Part shown: positions 1-8,681 of the stretch, piece after piece | Layout of the letters: the number at the start of each line of letters is the position of its first letter | How positions within the stretch are numbered: the first letter of the stretch is position 1 | From: Acidobacteriota bacterium | GTDB taxonomy: Archaea; Nanobdellota; Nanobdellia; Woesearchaeales; DATGWN01 | Reading direction: 5' to 3' | Assembly (NCBI GenBank): GCA_035299465.1 | Contig: DATGWN010000029.1 | Location: 1 to 60,314 of the forward strand | DNA length: 60,314 bases | Translations under genes and position numbers: made by a program | The notes under the pieces: generated by a model | Seen by the model: the letters and a program-made list of their open reading frames with translations, nothing else | The model's database searches: none | What the model was told of the DNA's origin: nothing

Positions 1-1131
1 GACCTTGAAGGTTCTTATCAAAAAGGCCCTCGTTCCGTAGACGAATTCCTCAAGCAAACGGCAATCTGTAATCCTCACCTCACAATCATCTATACTAATC
101 CAAAAGCGGAACAAATCATTTTCCCACGTGCGACTGACCAAAAACCAGTGCTGCCAAAGGAAATCAAACCGCACCCATATGGCGTCGAACTCGGAACACT
201 TATCGCAATGTTGCATAAGACTGAGTGCAAGACAATCTCAAGTTTCTTACAAGAAGAATTCACACGAGTAAGTCCAGGCGTCGCAAAAGAAATCTGCGAA
301 CACGCAGCACTCTTGCCAAATACAAAACCGCAAGATGCATCCCGCGAACAAGCAGAAGCGCTCATCAACGGCATCAAAAAGACAAAAATCATGGCGCCGC
401 CAGCAGATTGCATCGCGCCAATTGGTGAAGACCTTCTCCTTCGAGGCCTCAAAAAAGAAATCAACGCGGAATTCTATGCGTCAATCTCACGAACTCCAGA
501 AGTCTATCGAGGAAATCCATTCGTTATCGAAGTTGCTATCGCGTACGGCGGACAGCAACCTGCAGACCAACAAATCAACATCCTTCGATTCGCAAACCGT
601 GTTCCATTGCTCTATCAGCAAGGTGCATGCGGTTCCGTACGTGCAGTAATGGCGACAGCGTGGAAAAACTATGGCCTGTCACAATCAAAAGGAGCAATCC
701 CAGTCGGCCCTTGTACAGTACTCATACACATCGCATCAGTCTGGGTTCCGTTCACTTCAGAATCAAAAGAAGCAATCGCTCACTATCCTGAAATCCTCAA
801 GGAAATGCGACTTGCGTTACAAGACTGCGGTCGAAAGCTTGCAAGCTATGTAAACAAGAAACACAAAGTCGGCATCGAACTCAAGAAACGATCATACATT
901 GAGAAATATGTCCCACACATTTCAGAAGCACTTATCTCGCTACTAGACTTACCTAAAACAGAAGGACCTGTCATCGAAGAAAACCTCGGCAAGATTCTTG
1001 AAAAAGAACGAGGAAAACTCGACACAATGGAATTCGACGAATCAAAGAATACTGACTTTGACGACGACTTCTCCAAGATTGGTAAGGATACTGAGACTGA
1101 AGACGACGGTGAAATGAAAGATGAGTACTAA
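1..1131 (+). CDS. top6B: DNA topoisomerase VI subunit B (5'-partial; reading frame open from base 1)
   Basis: Frame 1 is open from the window edge (DLEGSYQKG...). H2TH region (RVSPGVAKEIC), transducer motifs (YRGNPFVIEVAIAYGG, RFANRVPLLYQQGAC, VPFTSESKEAIA), overlapping top6A. Confidence 0.96.
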   Translation, partial: DLEGSYQKGPRSVDEFLKQTAICNPHLTIIYTNPKAEQIIFPRATDQKPVLPKEIKPHPYGVELGTLIAMLHKTECKTISSFLQEEFTRVSPGVAKEICEHAALLPNTKPQDASREQAEALINGIKKTKIMAPPADCIAPIGEDLLLRGLKKEINAEFYASISRTPEVYRGNPFVIEVAIAYGGQQPADQQINILRFANRVPLLYQQGACGSVRAVMATAWKNYGLSQSKGAIPVGPCTVLIHIASVWVPFTSESKEAIAHYPEILKEMRLALQDCGRKLASYVNKKHKVGIELKKRSYIEKYVPHISEALISLLDLPKTEGPVIEENLGKILEKERGKLDTMEFDESKNTDFDDDFSKIGKDTETEDDGEMKDEY

Positions 1132-2245
1132 AAAGAAAGAAGCGACACCTGCGCCAAAAGCTCCAAAAGAATCACTAACACCTATTCTCAAAATCGCAAA
1201 AGAAGTGTATGAATCCATCAAAGCCGAAGAAGCTCCGCAAGTTTCAATGCCGCTGCGATCATTACAAAACGTACACTTCCGAACAGACATCGGATATTTC
1301 GAACTTCTCGGTAAGATGAAAGAGAGACAGCTCTCAGCGTCAACCATCAAAACATTCGCTCAAACATTGCACATGCTAAATCTCGCAAAAGAACTTGCGA
1401 TCACAAACGACGAAGCAACGAAGAGAGAAGCGTATTACATCTCCAAGAACTGGGGAGAAGCAAAATTCAACGAGCAGCCAGAGTCGGACACAGTCATGGA
1501 CGACATCGAAGCGATGCTCATGATTAACCGTGAAGTCATCGGTTTTGTTCCAGAAGAAAAAGGCGGCGAAATCGCAGGCAACCTCCTTGTCATCGATAAA
1601 GACCAAGAAACAGGAGAAACACTTCGAATCGACTGTACTAAATTTGGATCAGGTGCCTACTCAATTCCGTCAAAAGTCGAAGACCTCAAATTCGAAACAA
1701 AAGCAAAATTCATCCTCGCAATCGAAACTGCCGGTATGTTCCAACGATTATCCAAACAAAACTACTGGAAAAAGGCAAATTGCATCCTTATCTCAATGGG
1801 TGGCGTTCCTACGCGAGCAACTAGACGCTTCATCCGACGACTTGCCGATGAAATGAAACTGCCAGTCTACGTATTCACTGACGGCGATCCATACGGATAC
1901 CTCAATATCTACAGAACGCTTAAAGTCGGTTCAGGTAACGCTGCGCACATCAATAAGTACTTCTGCGTTCCGCAAGCAACATTCCTTGGCGTCACACCGC
2001 AAGACATCATCGACTACAAATTACCAACTCACGCACTTAAAGACATCGACGTCAAGCGTACAAAAGACGGTATGAAAAACGACCCATTCATCCAAAAATA
2101 CGACGAATGGAATAAAGCGCTCAACCAGATGATCGCGATGAAAGTCCGTGCGGAGCAGCAAGCGTTGGCGAAATGGGGATTGAACTTCGTTATTGAAAAG
2201 TACCTTCCAGACAAAATCGCTAACACAAAGAAATTCTTGCCTTAG
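1121..2245 (+). CDS. top6A: DNA topoisomerase VI subunit A (Spo11 family)
   Basis: Catalytic Tyr region (TKREAYY), Toprim acidic motifs (IETAGMF, FTDGDPYG), operon with top6B. Confidence 0.97.
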   Translation: MSTKKKEATPAPKAPKESLTPILKIAKEVYESIKAEEAPQVSMPLRSLQNVHFRTDIGYFELLGKMKERQLSASTIKTFAQTLHMLNLAKELAITNDEATKREAYYISKNWGEAKFNEQPESDTVMDDIEAMLMINREVIGFVPEEKGGEIAGNLLVIDKDQETGETLRIDCTKFGSGAYSIPSKVEDLKFETKAKFILAIETAGMFQRLSKQNYWKKANCILISMGGVPTRATRRFIRRLADEMKLPVYVFTDGDPYGYLNIYRTLKVGSGNAAHINKYFCVPQATFLGVTPQDIIDYKLPTHALKDIDVKRTKDGMKNDPFIQKYDEWNKALNQMIAMKVRAEQQALAKWGLNFVIEKYLPDKIANTKKFLP

Positions 2246-2299
2246 ATTTTTTCTATATTTGACTAAACATTTTTAAGACAATGTTTGAATAAATAGAAC

Positions 2300-2815
2300 A
2301 TGGATAAATCCAGCGTTATTTTTGCACTTATTCTCATCGGCCATTACGTCATGAGTCAATTGATCCCAAAAGAATACAAAATTATGTCTTATTTCATCGC
2401 ATTTTTTACCATAGCGATCGGCGCAATCGTCGCAGCTCTAGTTATGCAAAAAGAGTCCGTATCAAAATGGGCAATACTTTCTGTCGTAATATTGATTTCA
2501 TACACTATCTCAAACGCGGTCCTAAATGCACTCGTCATAAAAATCGAGAATAAACTTGCCGTCGTACAAACAATAAACTTGCTCATTTTTGCCATTACCC
2601 GATTGTGGCTCAAACTCACAAAAGGATTAAGTGCAAACGTCGTCGTTAGTCTATTTTTTGGCGTCATACTTATCTGCCTTTTAATCGTGAACTTTGCGCA
2701 AAAAACATTAGACTTCTCAATCGAACTAAAGATAATTTCTGCAGCGGTGATTATCGGGATTGCAATTGTAGCGAATATGCTGGCGTCAATGGCTTCAGAA
2801 AAATGGGCAGCTTGA
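2300..2815 (+). CDS. hypothetical integral membrane protein (about 5 TM helices)
   Basis: 171-aa ORF almost entirely hydrophobic segments; TATA-like element upstream. Confidence 0.7.
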   Translation: MDKSSVIFALILIGHYVMSQLIPKEYKIMSYFIAFFTIAIGAIVAALVMQKESVSKWAILSVVILISYTISNAVLNALVIKIENKLAVVQTINLLIFAITRLWLKLTKGLSANVVVSLFFGVILICLLIVNFAQKTLDFSIELKIISAAVIIGIAIVANMLASMASEKWAA

Positions 2816-2816
2816 A

Positions 2817-3425
2817 TTATTTTCTATTTTTGTACCAATCAACAAATTGTGACTGACAGCCATAATTTCCGACCTTGTCCGTCCATGACTTGAACTCTTC
2901 TTTCGTCAACTCTGCAAGCGTCTTTGTCCCGTCTCCAAACGTTTCGATGACCATGATCTGCGGTAAATCAGACCAATGCCACGGCTCGCGTTTACCTTGC
3001 GGTTTTGGCGCAACAATACCTTGCAGCTCATCATAGAAAACCATCGGCTCACGGAGAGTATCATCCATGTAAGTCAAACAGTGTTTCGCTTTGAAAAACG
3101 GAACAACACCGCCATTGAACGAATACACCGCATTAGCTATAAACGCAGGTCCCAGTGATGGATTACCCATTATCTGACTGACGAATGCACCTGGCCATCC
3201 ACCGAGTGCTGGAATGAAAAAACCCGCGTCAAGTGTAACACACGGAGCTTTGATACGTTCGAATGCGTAGAGAATTTTGAATGATGCAACTTTTTTTACG
3301 TCGTTTTCCTGTGGTTCAGGAATATCCATTTTGTACTGCTTCAGATTTACCGGATAGTCGCCGAATTTAAGTCCCAGTGTATTGACTTTTCCTACATTTG
3401 ACGTTGCAAAGTACAATGGATCCAT
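2817..3425 (-). CDS. non-canonical purine NTP pyrophosphatase (Ham1/RdgB/ITPase family)
   Basis: FATSNVGKV N-terminus, EPQ...K, TLDAGFFIPALGGWPG motifs; start moved to MDPLYF at 3425. Confidence 0.88.
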   Translation of the reverse strand: MDPLYFATSNVGKVNTLGLKFGDYPVNLKQYKMDIPEPQENDVKKVASFKILYAFERIKAPCVTLDAGFFIPALGGWPGAFVSQIMGNPSLGPAFIANAVYSFNGGVVPFFKAKHCLTYMDDTLREPMVFYDELQGIVAPKPQGKREPWHWSDLPQIMVIETFGDGTKTLAELTKEEFKSWTDKVGNYGCQSQFVDWYKNRK

Positions 3426-3542
3426 GCAATACGGTGACACGCTTTTATTTATAAAATTACTACTAAAAAGTGGTTTAGAAATGTCCTGACGAGGACCGCA
3501 TCGGAGAAGCTTTATAAACGCTCTATCTGTCCTACAACCCAT

Positions 3543-3617
3543 GCTCGTGTAGCCTAGCCTGGATAGGGCGACAGCCTTCTAAGCTGTAGGTCGTGGGTTC
3601 AAATCCCATCACGAGCG
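3543..3617 (+). tRNA. tRNA-Arg (TCT)
   Basis: Cloverleaf GCTCGTG...CACGAGC; anticodon arm ACAGC-CT-TCT-AA-GCTGT; T-loop TTCAAAT; TTTATAAA box about 25-30 nt upstream; no encoded CCA. Confidence 0.96.
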
Positions 3618-3685
3618 TTTTTTCTGAAGTTTTTGGTCAAGCTTTTTCAAAAAAGGTTGCGTGGAATCCCATCACGAGCGTTTTT
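3602..3685 (+). repeat. 21-bp direct repeat of the tRNA-Arg 3' end (3602-3622 and 3665-3685), att-like
   Basis: AATCCCATCACGAGCGTTTTT occurs twice, 63 bp apart. Confidence 0.9.
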
Positions 3686-4337
3686 CTTCGCCCAGCGAGT
3701 ATGATTCCAACGCGAAGCGCGTCAGTGCCAAGAATCGTCCAACTTCGGAACGATAGTATGCCGCAGAAGCAGGAACTTTTGTTAAATCAGTAAAACCCAC
3801 TAAGCTCACTTTTAGAATGCCAACATCTCGAAAAGTTCTATCACGCAATTCATTTGCATGCACCGCATGTTCGTAACCAAATCCGGAGTCATTTACCGAC
3901 AACAGACCTTTTCTGTGCACGTCAAAGGCAGGAACATTTTTTGCAGTAGAAGCGTTATCAAGATTCTCTAAACCAACATTCACGCGTTGAAATTCTGTAG
4001 AATTTGCGTCGGGCTTATGTGGCACCGGATTCTGTGCATATGTCAGAAGAGCGATAAGACTATTATGCGCGTATCGAATCGGCGCATCGAATTTTGGATT
4101 TGCCAATCTTGTTCTTAGGGAAAAACTGACGAGTTCTAATCGACGCGCAAGTTCATCGTAGACAGTGATAATTTCAGATATTCTTGGATCATAACCGCAT
4201 GCAAGAACAGGAAGTTCTTCCGACAAATCATAGCCACGCATAGAGACGTTGTCCGGCACCATGGATCGTTCTAAAGTAACTGTATCGATGGCTTGCGAAA
4301 ACTTATTCGCTCTTACGAGATCTGCGATTTGTGTCAT
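3672..4337 (-). CDS. hypothetical protein
   Basis: 221-aa ORF with an ATG start and upstream TATA-like element; no family recognised; stop codon lies inside the second tRNA-end repeat. Confidence 0.7.
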   Translation of the reverse strand: MTQIADLVRANKFSQAIDTVTLERSMVPDNVSMRGYDLSEELPVLACGYDPRISEIITVYDELARRLELVSFSLRTRLANPKFDAPIRYAHNSLIALLTYAQNPVPHKPDANSTEFQRVNVGLENLDNASTAKNVPAFDVHRKGLLSVNDSGFGYEHAVHANELRDRTFRDVGILKVSLVGFTDLTKVPASAAYYRSEVGRFLALTRFALESYSLGEEKRS

Positions 4338-4411
4338 AAAAAAGAGGAAGATATTTCTCTTTAAATAGTAGACGACGATACGGTTTTAAAACCCTACAGA
4401 TTCCCACGTCT

Positions 4412-4756
4412 ATGAGTTGGATGTACGACTTTGCAAAAACCTATGTTCGATGTACGCTCGCTAACACGGCAACGACTTTGACTGTAGCAAGTATCGCAAC
4501 AGGAATCGGCCTTACATTTGCGCCGACTCAAAAAGCAAAAGAATTCGGAACATGTTTAGCGTTAGTAAGCAGCGTCATCTTTCTTGGCACAGGATGCGGA
4601 TTTCACACGCATTATGTATACGCAAAAACTCGCCGACATCTCAAAAAACATGGCTATCTTGACAGTGACTTTGAATCCAAATGTGTAACATATTGCTCTC
4701 ACGTTGGAAAAGAACTAGCGCTCAAAGACGCCGGACTAGAAAACCTCATAAGATAA
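4412..4756 (+). CDS. hypothetical membrane protein (2 TM)
   Basis: 114 aa, two hydrophobic helices; TAATG coupling to the next gene. Confidence 0.7.
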   Translation: MSWMYDFAKTYVRCTLANTATTLTVASIATGIGLTFAPTQKAKEFGTCLALVSSVIFLGTGCGFHTHYVYAKTRRHLKKHGYLDSDFESKCVTYCSHVGKELALKDAGLENLIR

Positions 4757-6189
4757 TGCAAACAACTCCAATCAGTAAGGAATCGATAATCACCGGACTT
4801 GCAAATCTCTACGATAAAAACGTTCCATTGCGAGCAGACGCAATCAGCCAAGCAGATCCGCATTTGTGGTACTGCCTCTACGACAAAACGCAAAGCGGCG
4901 GAAGAAAATACGAATCGTTAAAAGACGCTAGAAGTGATCTCGCCCAATATTTCGCTCAACTAGGACGAGACAAAGACAGCAGAAAAGTACTCACCTATAA
5001 TTGGAAGCAGCCGTCGCCAACACGTCTATCTACCGCACAAAGAAATGCCAAAAAACGAGAACTGCTTGCAACGCTCAAACAAAAACTCAACGCAGAAGAA
5101 GACCTAAGGTATCGCGCACAGCAACAAACCGATCGAAAGTTTGCAAGCGCAGGATATAGATACTTCAATGGTTGGGATTCATTTCTCAACGCAGCGGGGA
5201 TCGATCCACTTTATTTTGCTCGTCAAGTAAAATATCCTCTCCAAATGTATCTCTGCGCTTTATATGATTGGTATCTCCAGGGTAATCCCATGGATATGAC
5301 GACAGTATCCGACACGCTCCCAGACATTGTGGCCGCGCTCTCGCAACGATGCAACGGATACTATAGCGCCCTCTCAAAAATGGAAAAACTTTTGCTCAAG
5401 TGTAATTTGCCCGATGACGCACAAGAATGTGCACCACAACAGTGGATGAATAGTCTAAAAAAACAAGTCGGTATAGAAAATAAAGTGAGAAAAGAAGAAC
5501 TTCGCCAAACGATGATCTCCATGAAATTAGACGAGGCATACCCGGTACACTACGTGCACAGACTTGGGATAGGGCATACTACTGATTTCATAAGAGGCCG
5601 AGACGTGCGAGACTTTTTGATACATAGTAAACGCTGGACAACGCCTGCCAAATTGGCAAGGGATATGAAGGTGTCCGAAGTCACACTGCTGCGCAAACTC
5701 CCCTTCATTGCAGAAGACGTCGTGAAAATACAAGAGAAAAACCGACCGCGTTATTTCGTTCTTAAGACCGCTGCGCAGAAATTACAAATTAGAACTCGTC
5801 AAGAACAACCATACACGTCATTAACAGATATCGCGATGGAATGTGAAGTCGATTACTGCGTCGTGCGTCGACATAGAGACCAACTGCAACTTGGTCGAAA
5901 AACGAAAACAGGAAGAAAACACTACGTGCTTTCCAAAGACGATGTTCTCACACTCAAAAAGAGCGTTATCGACGAAAAACAACGAGGAATTGAAAACGTG
6001 AAGAAATGGATCCAGGTACTGGGCACACAACCACGCTGGACACCAAAAGAACTTGTCCGTGCGCAGATTCCAGCATCACACTTCTATCAAGAAGCAGCGC
6101 GCCGTCGAATTCCAGCCTCATCTTACGCCATTCCCGCAGTCACACTTATCTCATACTTTTCGCGCGTATCGAAAATAAATGCTGCATAA
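4756..6189 (+). CDS. putative DNA-binding protein: N-terminal homing-endonuclease-associated-like repeats plus C-terminal HTH-like segments
   Basis: Start at TAATG overlap (MQTTP). YFNGWDSFLNAAGID resembles the FGSWxxALxxAG repeat; later TPAKLARDMKVSEVTL and SLTDIAMECEVDYCVVRR look like HTHs. Confidence 0.6.
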   Translation: MQTTPISKESIITGLANLYDKNVPLRADAISQADPHLWYCLYDKTQSGGRKYESLKDARSDLAQYFAQLGRDKDSRKVLTYNWKQPSPTRLSTAQRNAKKRELLATLKQKLNAEEDLRYRAQQQTDRKFASAGYRYFNGWDSFLNAAGIDPLYFARQVKYPLQMYLCALYDWYLQGNPMDMTTVSDTLPDIVAALSQRCNGYYSALSKMEKLLLKCNLPDDAQECAPQQWMNSLKKQVGIENKVRKEELRQTMISMKLDEAYPVHYVHRLGIGHTTDFIRGRDVRDFLIHSKRWTTPAKLARDMKVSEVTLLRKLPFIAEDVVKIQEKNRPRYFVLKTAAQKLQIRTRQEQPYTSLTDIAMECEVDYCVVRRHRDQLQLGRKTKTGRKHYVLSKDDVLTLKKSVIDEKQRGIENVKKWIQVLGTQPRWTPKELVRAQIPASHFYQEAARRRIPASSYAIPAVTLISYFSRVSKINAA

Positions 6190-6224
6190 TTTATTAATCA
6201 CTAAAATATTCTCTGCTAAAAAAA

Positions 6225-6629
6225 ATGACAATTGACATCAACGTCAGAGCTGCAATTATCTACGATGGCGAACTGCTCGTCTTAGGTCGCAAGAACGGAG
6301 GCGGCAAATTTCGGTACGAACTTCCTGGCGGCAATATCGACAAAGACGAAACGCATCTTAGTGCACTAGAACGAGAATGCGTCGAAGAAGTAGGGAAAAA
6401 ACCAGACATCCAGCCGCAGGTATTCGCTCGTGCAAAAAACCATCAGAAGAACATGGAAAACTGGATTTATCTTGCGACGATTCGCTCAAAGCGACGGCCA
6501 ATTCCAAAACTCGAAGACGGCTTCAAGAAATACAAATGGATCAGTAGCGAAAACCGTGCCAAATACCGTTTCAATCAAAGCACCGAGTATGCTATCAACA
6601 AACTCATAAGTGACGGGTACTTAAAGTAA
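6225..6629 (+). CDS. NUDIX hydrolase
   Basis: Nudix box PGGNIDKDETHLSALERECVEEVG. Confidence 0.93.
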   Translation: MTIDINVRAAIIYDGELLVLGRKNGGGKFRYELPGGNIDKDETHLSALERECVEEVGKKPDIQPQVFARAKNHQKNMENWIYLATIRSKRRPIPKLEDGFKKYKWISSENRAKYRFNQSTEYAINKLISDGYLK

Positions 6630-6668
6630 AGCGCAATCTTTATAGCCGAAGTATATTCACCCTGTAAA

Positions 6669-6995
6669 ATGGTCAAAAATCTTACGGACGAAGAAATACG
6701 ATATTACAGCACCAGATATGTCAATCGCGAAATCACAGTCGTAAAAACTAACGATTTATTTGGCATCTATTTTGACAATGTAAGATTGTACGAAGATTTT
6801 CCCGGACTCATGGACAAAGCACTCGGACCTGTCCCTACGATTCTCTATACGCACAGTAAACCACACCACACACAAGATCATCCCGGCACGCAATCAAGTA
6901 ATTGGATACATCGATTCACGCCGCCTCTGACGCTAGAAGACAAAATAGCTCCAGTAAAAAAACATTCTGCCGTTGAGCCGATGCGACTTTTCTAA
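6669..6995 (+). CDS. hypothetical protein
   Basis: 108-aa ORF with an upstream TTTATA element; no family recognised. Confidence 0.6.
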   Translation: MVKNLTDEEIRYYSTRYVNREITVVKTNDLFGIYFDNVRLYEDFPGLMDKALGPVPTILYTHSKPHHTQDHPGTQSSNWIHRFTPPLTLEDKIAPVKKHSAVEPMRLF

Positions 6996-7031
6996 CATTT
7001 TAAAAAGAACTAAGCGCAAAACCAATTCACA

Positions 7032-7223
7032 ATGAAACGAATTATTATTGCAATGCTCCTTATATTGACACTACTTTCACTCACTGCTTGCAACGCTAAT
7101 GTCCATCTGTGTGACGCACCATATATGCCCTATGGCACTGGGTGCTGCTACGACAAGAACCAAAACGCGGTCTGTGACCTCGACGAGACGTCAGGCCAAA
7201 CCCCGCAGACAAACGCAACATAA
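7032..7223 (+). CDS. small secreted lipoprotein-like protein with a Cys/Asp motif (CxxPYxxxGxxCCxDxNxNxVCDxDE)
   Basis: Signal peptide ending LTAC; DxNxN is a possible Ca-binding loop; motif recalled from DPANN surface proteins. Confidence 0.7.
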   Translation: MKRIIIAMLLILTLLSLTACNANVHLCDAPYMPYGTGCCYDKNQNAVCDLDETSGQTPQTNAT

Positions 7224-7272
7224 GAATTCAGATTACCTTTATAAATCGACCATCCTTTCTGTAGACTAAATC

Positions 7273-7343
7273 GGGCGGATAGCCAAGCAGTAAGGCAAGA
7301 GGCTGCAACCCTCTCATCATGAGTGCAATTCTCATTCCGCCCT
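7273..7343 (+). tRNA. tRNA-Cys (GCA)
   Basis: Acceptor GGGCGGA/TCCGCCC; anticodon arm AGAGG-CT-GCA-AC-CCTCT; T-stem ATGAG/CTCAT with atypical loop TGCAATT; upstream TTTATAAA. Confidence 0.9.
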
Positions 7344-7389
7344 TTTTTCTGTACAAAAACTTATATATCAGACGACCGAAAAAAGACCC

Positions 7390-7881
7390 ATGCACACAAA
7401 AAAGAGCATTGGCATCGTCTTTATTCTGAGTTTGCTTCTCTTATTTGGCTGTACGTCACAACCAGAAAGCAGACCATTACAGACACAGCAGACAACGGAT
7501 CAAGTAATCACACCAGTCGACATTCCACAAGGATTTGCGACAGAAGATTCTCCATTCGTTACGGATAAGAAATTTGTCCTAAATCCATCCAGCGAAATCC
7601 AGACAACAATCTCTGTGTACAACGCAATGGACGTATCCTATAGCGCAGTACAGTTTAGAATCTCCCGATGCGTAGACAAATCGGGATCAAAAGTTGTCGC
7701 TGCCCTGCCTGAGTTGACAACACAAGCACAAGATCTTGCATCACACCAAGCAAAACAGTGGACCGTCACGATTGCAAAAGCTCAATTCGTAGCAGGCAGA
7801 TACATGTGCGAATTGCAAGCGTATTCTGGCGAAACAACGCTGCTGTCTAAACAAATGATAGTCGACGTAGTCAGTCCTTAA
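7390..7881 (+). CDS. secreted lipoprotein-like protein, beta-rich (possibly Ig-like) domain
   Basis: Signal peptide ...LLLLFGC; alternating beta-strand pattern; two further Cys. Confidence 0.7.
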   Translation: MHTKKSIGIVFILSLLLLFGCTSQPESRPLQTQQTTDQVITPVDIPQGFATEDSPFVTDKKFVLNPSSEIQTTISVYNAMDVSYSAVQFRISRCVDKSGSKVVAALPELTTQAQDLASHQAKQWTVTIAKAQFVAGRYMCELQAYSGETTLLSKQMIVDVVSP

Positions 7882-7952
7882 ATCTTATAAAGACTGGGCA
7901 TATCCCCTTCTCTACGGCTACAAATGCCACCTTGCATGAGGTGCAAGATACT

Positions 7953-8681
7953 ATGAAAAAAGTTCTCATCAATCCAGAAGATTCCTACGTCGTTGACGCA
8001 ACTAAAGATTTCCACTGCTCCCAAGGCATGATCCGTTCTAAAGATCTTCAAGAAGCGACACCTGGCTCTGTCATAAAGACCAACAAAGATTACTCATTCA
8101 CCGTCTTAGACGCACGATTCCAAGACGTCTACCCTAAGATCAAACGTGGCGCGGCGATCATTATTCCAAAAGACGCTGGCGCAATTTTAGCGCATTTACT
8201 CGTTGGAAACCAAGACACGGTTCTCGATTGCGGCGCAGGAAGCGGCGCACTTTCACTATTCCTTGCCCGATATGTTAAACACGTCCACTCCATGGACAAT
8301 AGGCAAGAACATCTTGACATCGTCAATAAAAACATCGAAATGCTCGACGTCCAAAACATTACGACGCACCTTGGCGATTTACAAAAGGAAGTGCCGAATA
8401 TTCAAGTAGACGCGGCGACATTAGATATGCCCGATATTGAAAAATCATTGGAGAATGTCCATAAAATACTCAAAATCGGCGGCAGTATCGCATGCTACGT
8501 GCCAAATACCAACCAACTGCAAACACTAGTCGTGCAGCTGCAAAACGATAAACGATGGCTGTTCAAAGAAGCAATCGAAGCAAACGAGCGTATCTGGGTT
8601 GTGGACGAGAAAAGATGCAGACCTGGACATGAAAGTCTTGCTCACACTGCATTCTTAGTCTTCGCAAGAAAAATCGCCTAG
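7953..8681 (+). CDS. trmI: tRNA (adenine-N1)-methyltransferase (TrmI/Gcd14 family)
   Basis: IKRGAAIIIPKDAG, VLDCGAGSGALS, TLDMPD, YVPN and AHTAFLVFARK motifs; SD GAGGTG before ATG 7953. Confidence 0.92.
   Translation: MKKVLINPEDSYVVDATKDFHCSQGMIRSKDLQEATPGSVIKTNKDYSFTVLDARFQDVYPKIKRGAAIIIPKDAGAILAHLLVGNQDTVLDCGAGSGALSLFLARYVKHVHSMDNRQEHLDIVNKNIEMLDVQNITTHLGDLQKEVPNIQVDAATLDMPDIEKSLENVHKILKIGGSIACYVPNTNQLQTLVVQLQNDKRWLFKEAIEANERIWVVDEKRCRPGHESLAHTAFLVFARKIA

Noticed and set aside
3593-3793. 66-aa ORF containing NPITSVF twice
   Set aside because: It begins inside tRNA-Arg; the peptide repeat is only the translation of the duplicated tRNA 3' end.
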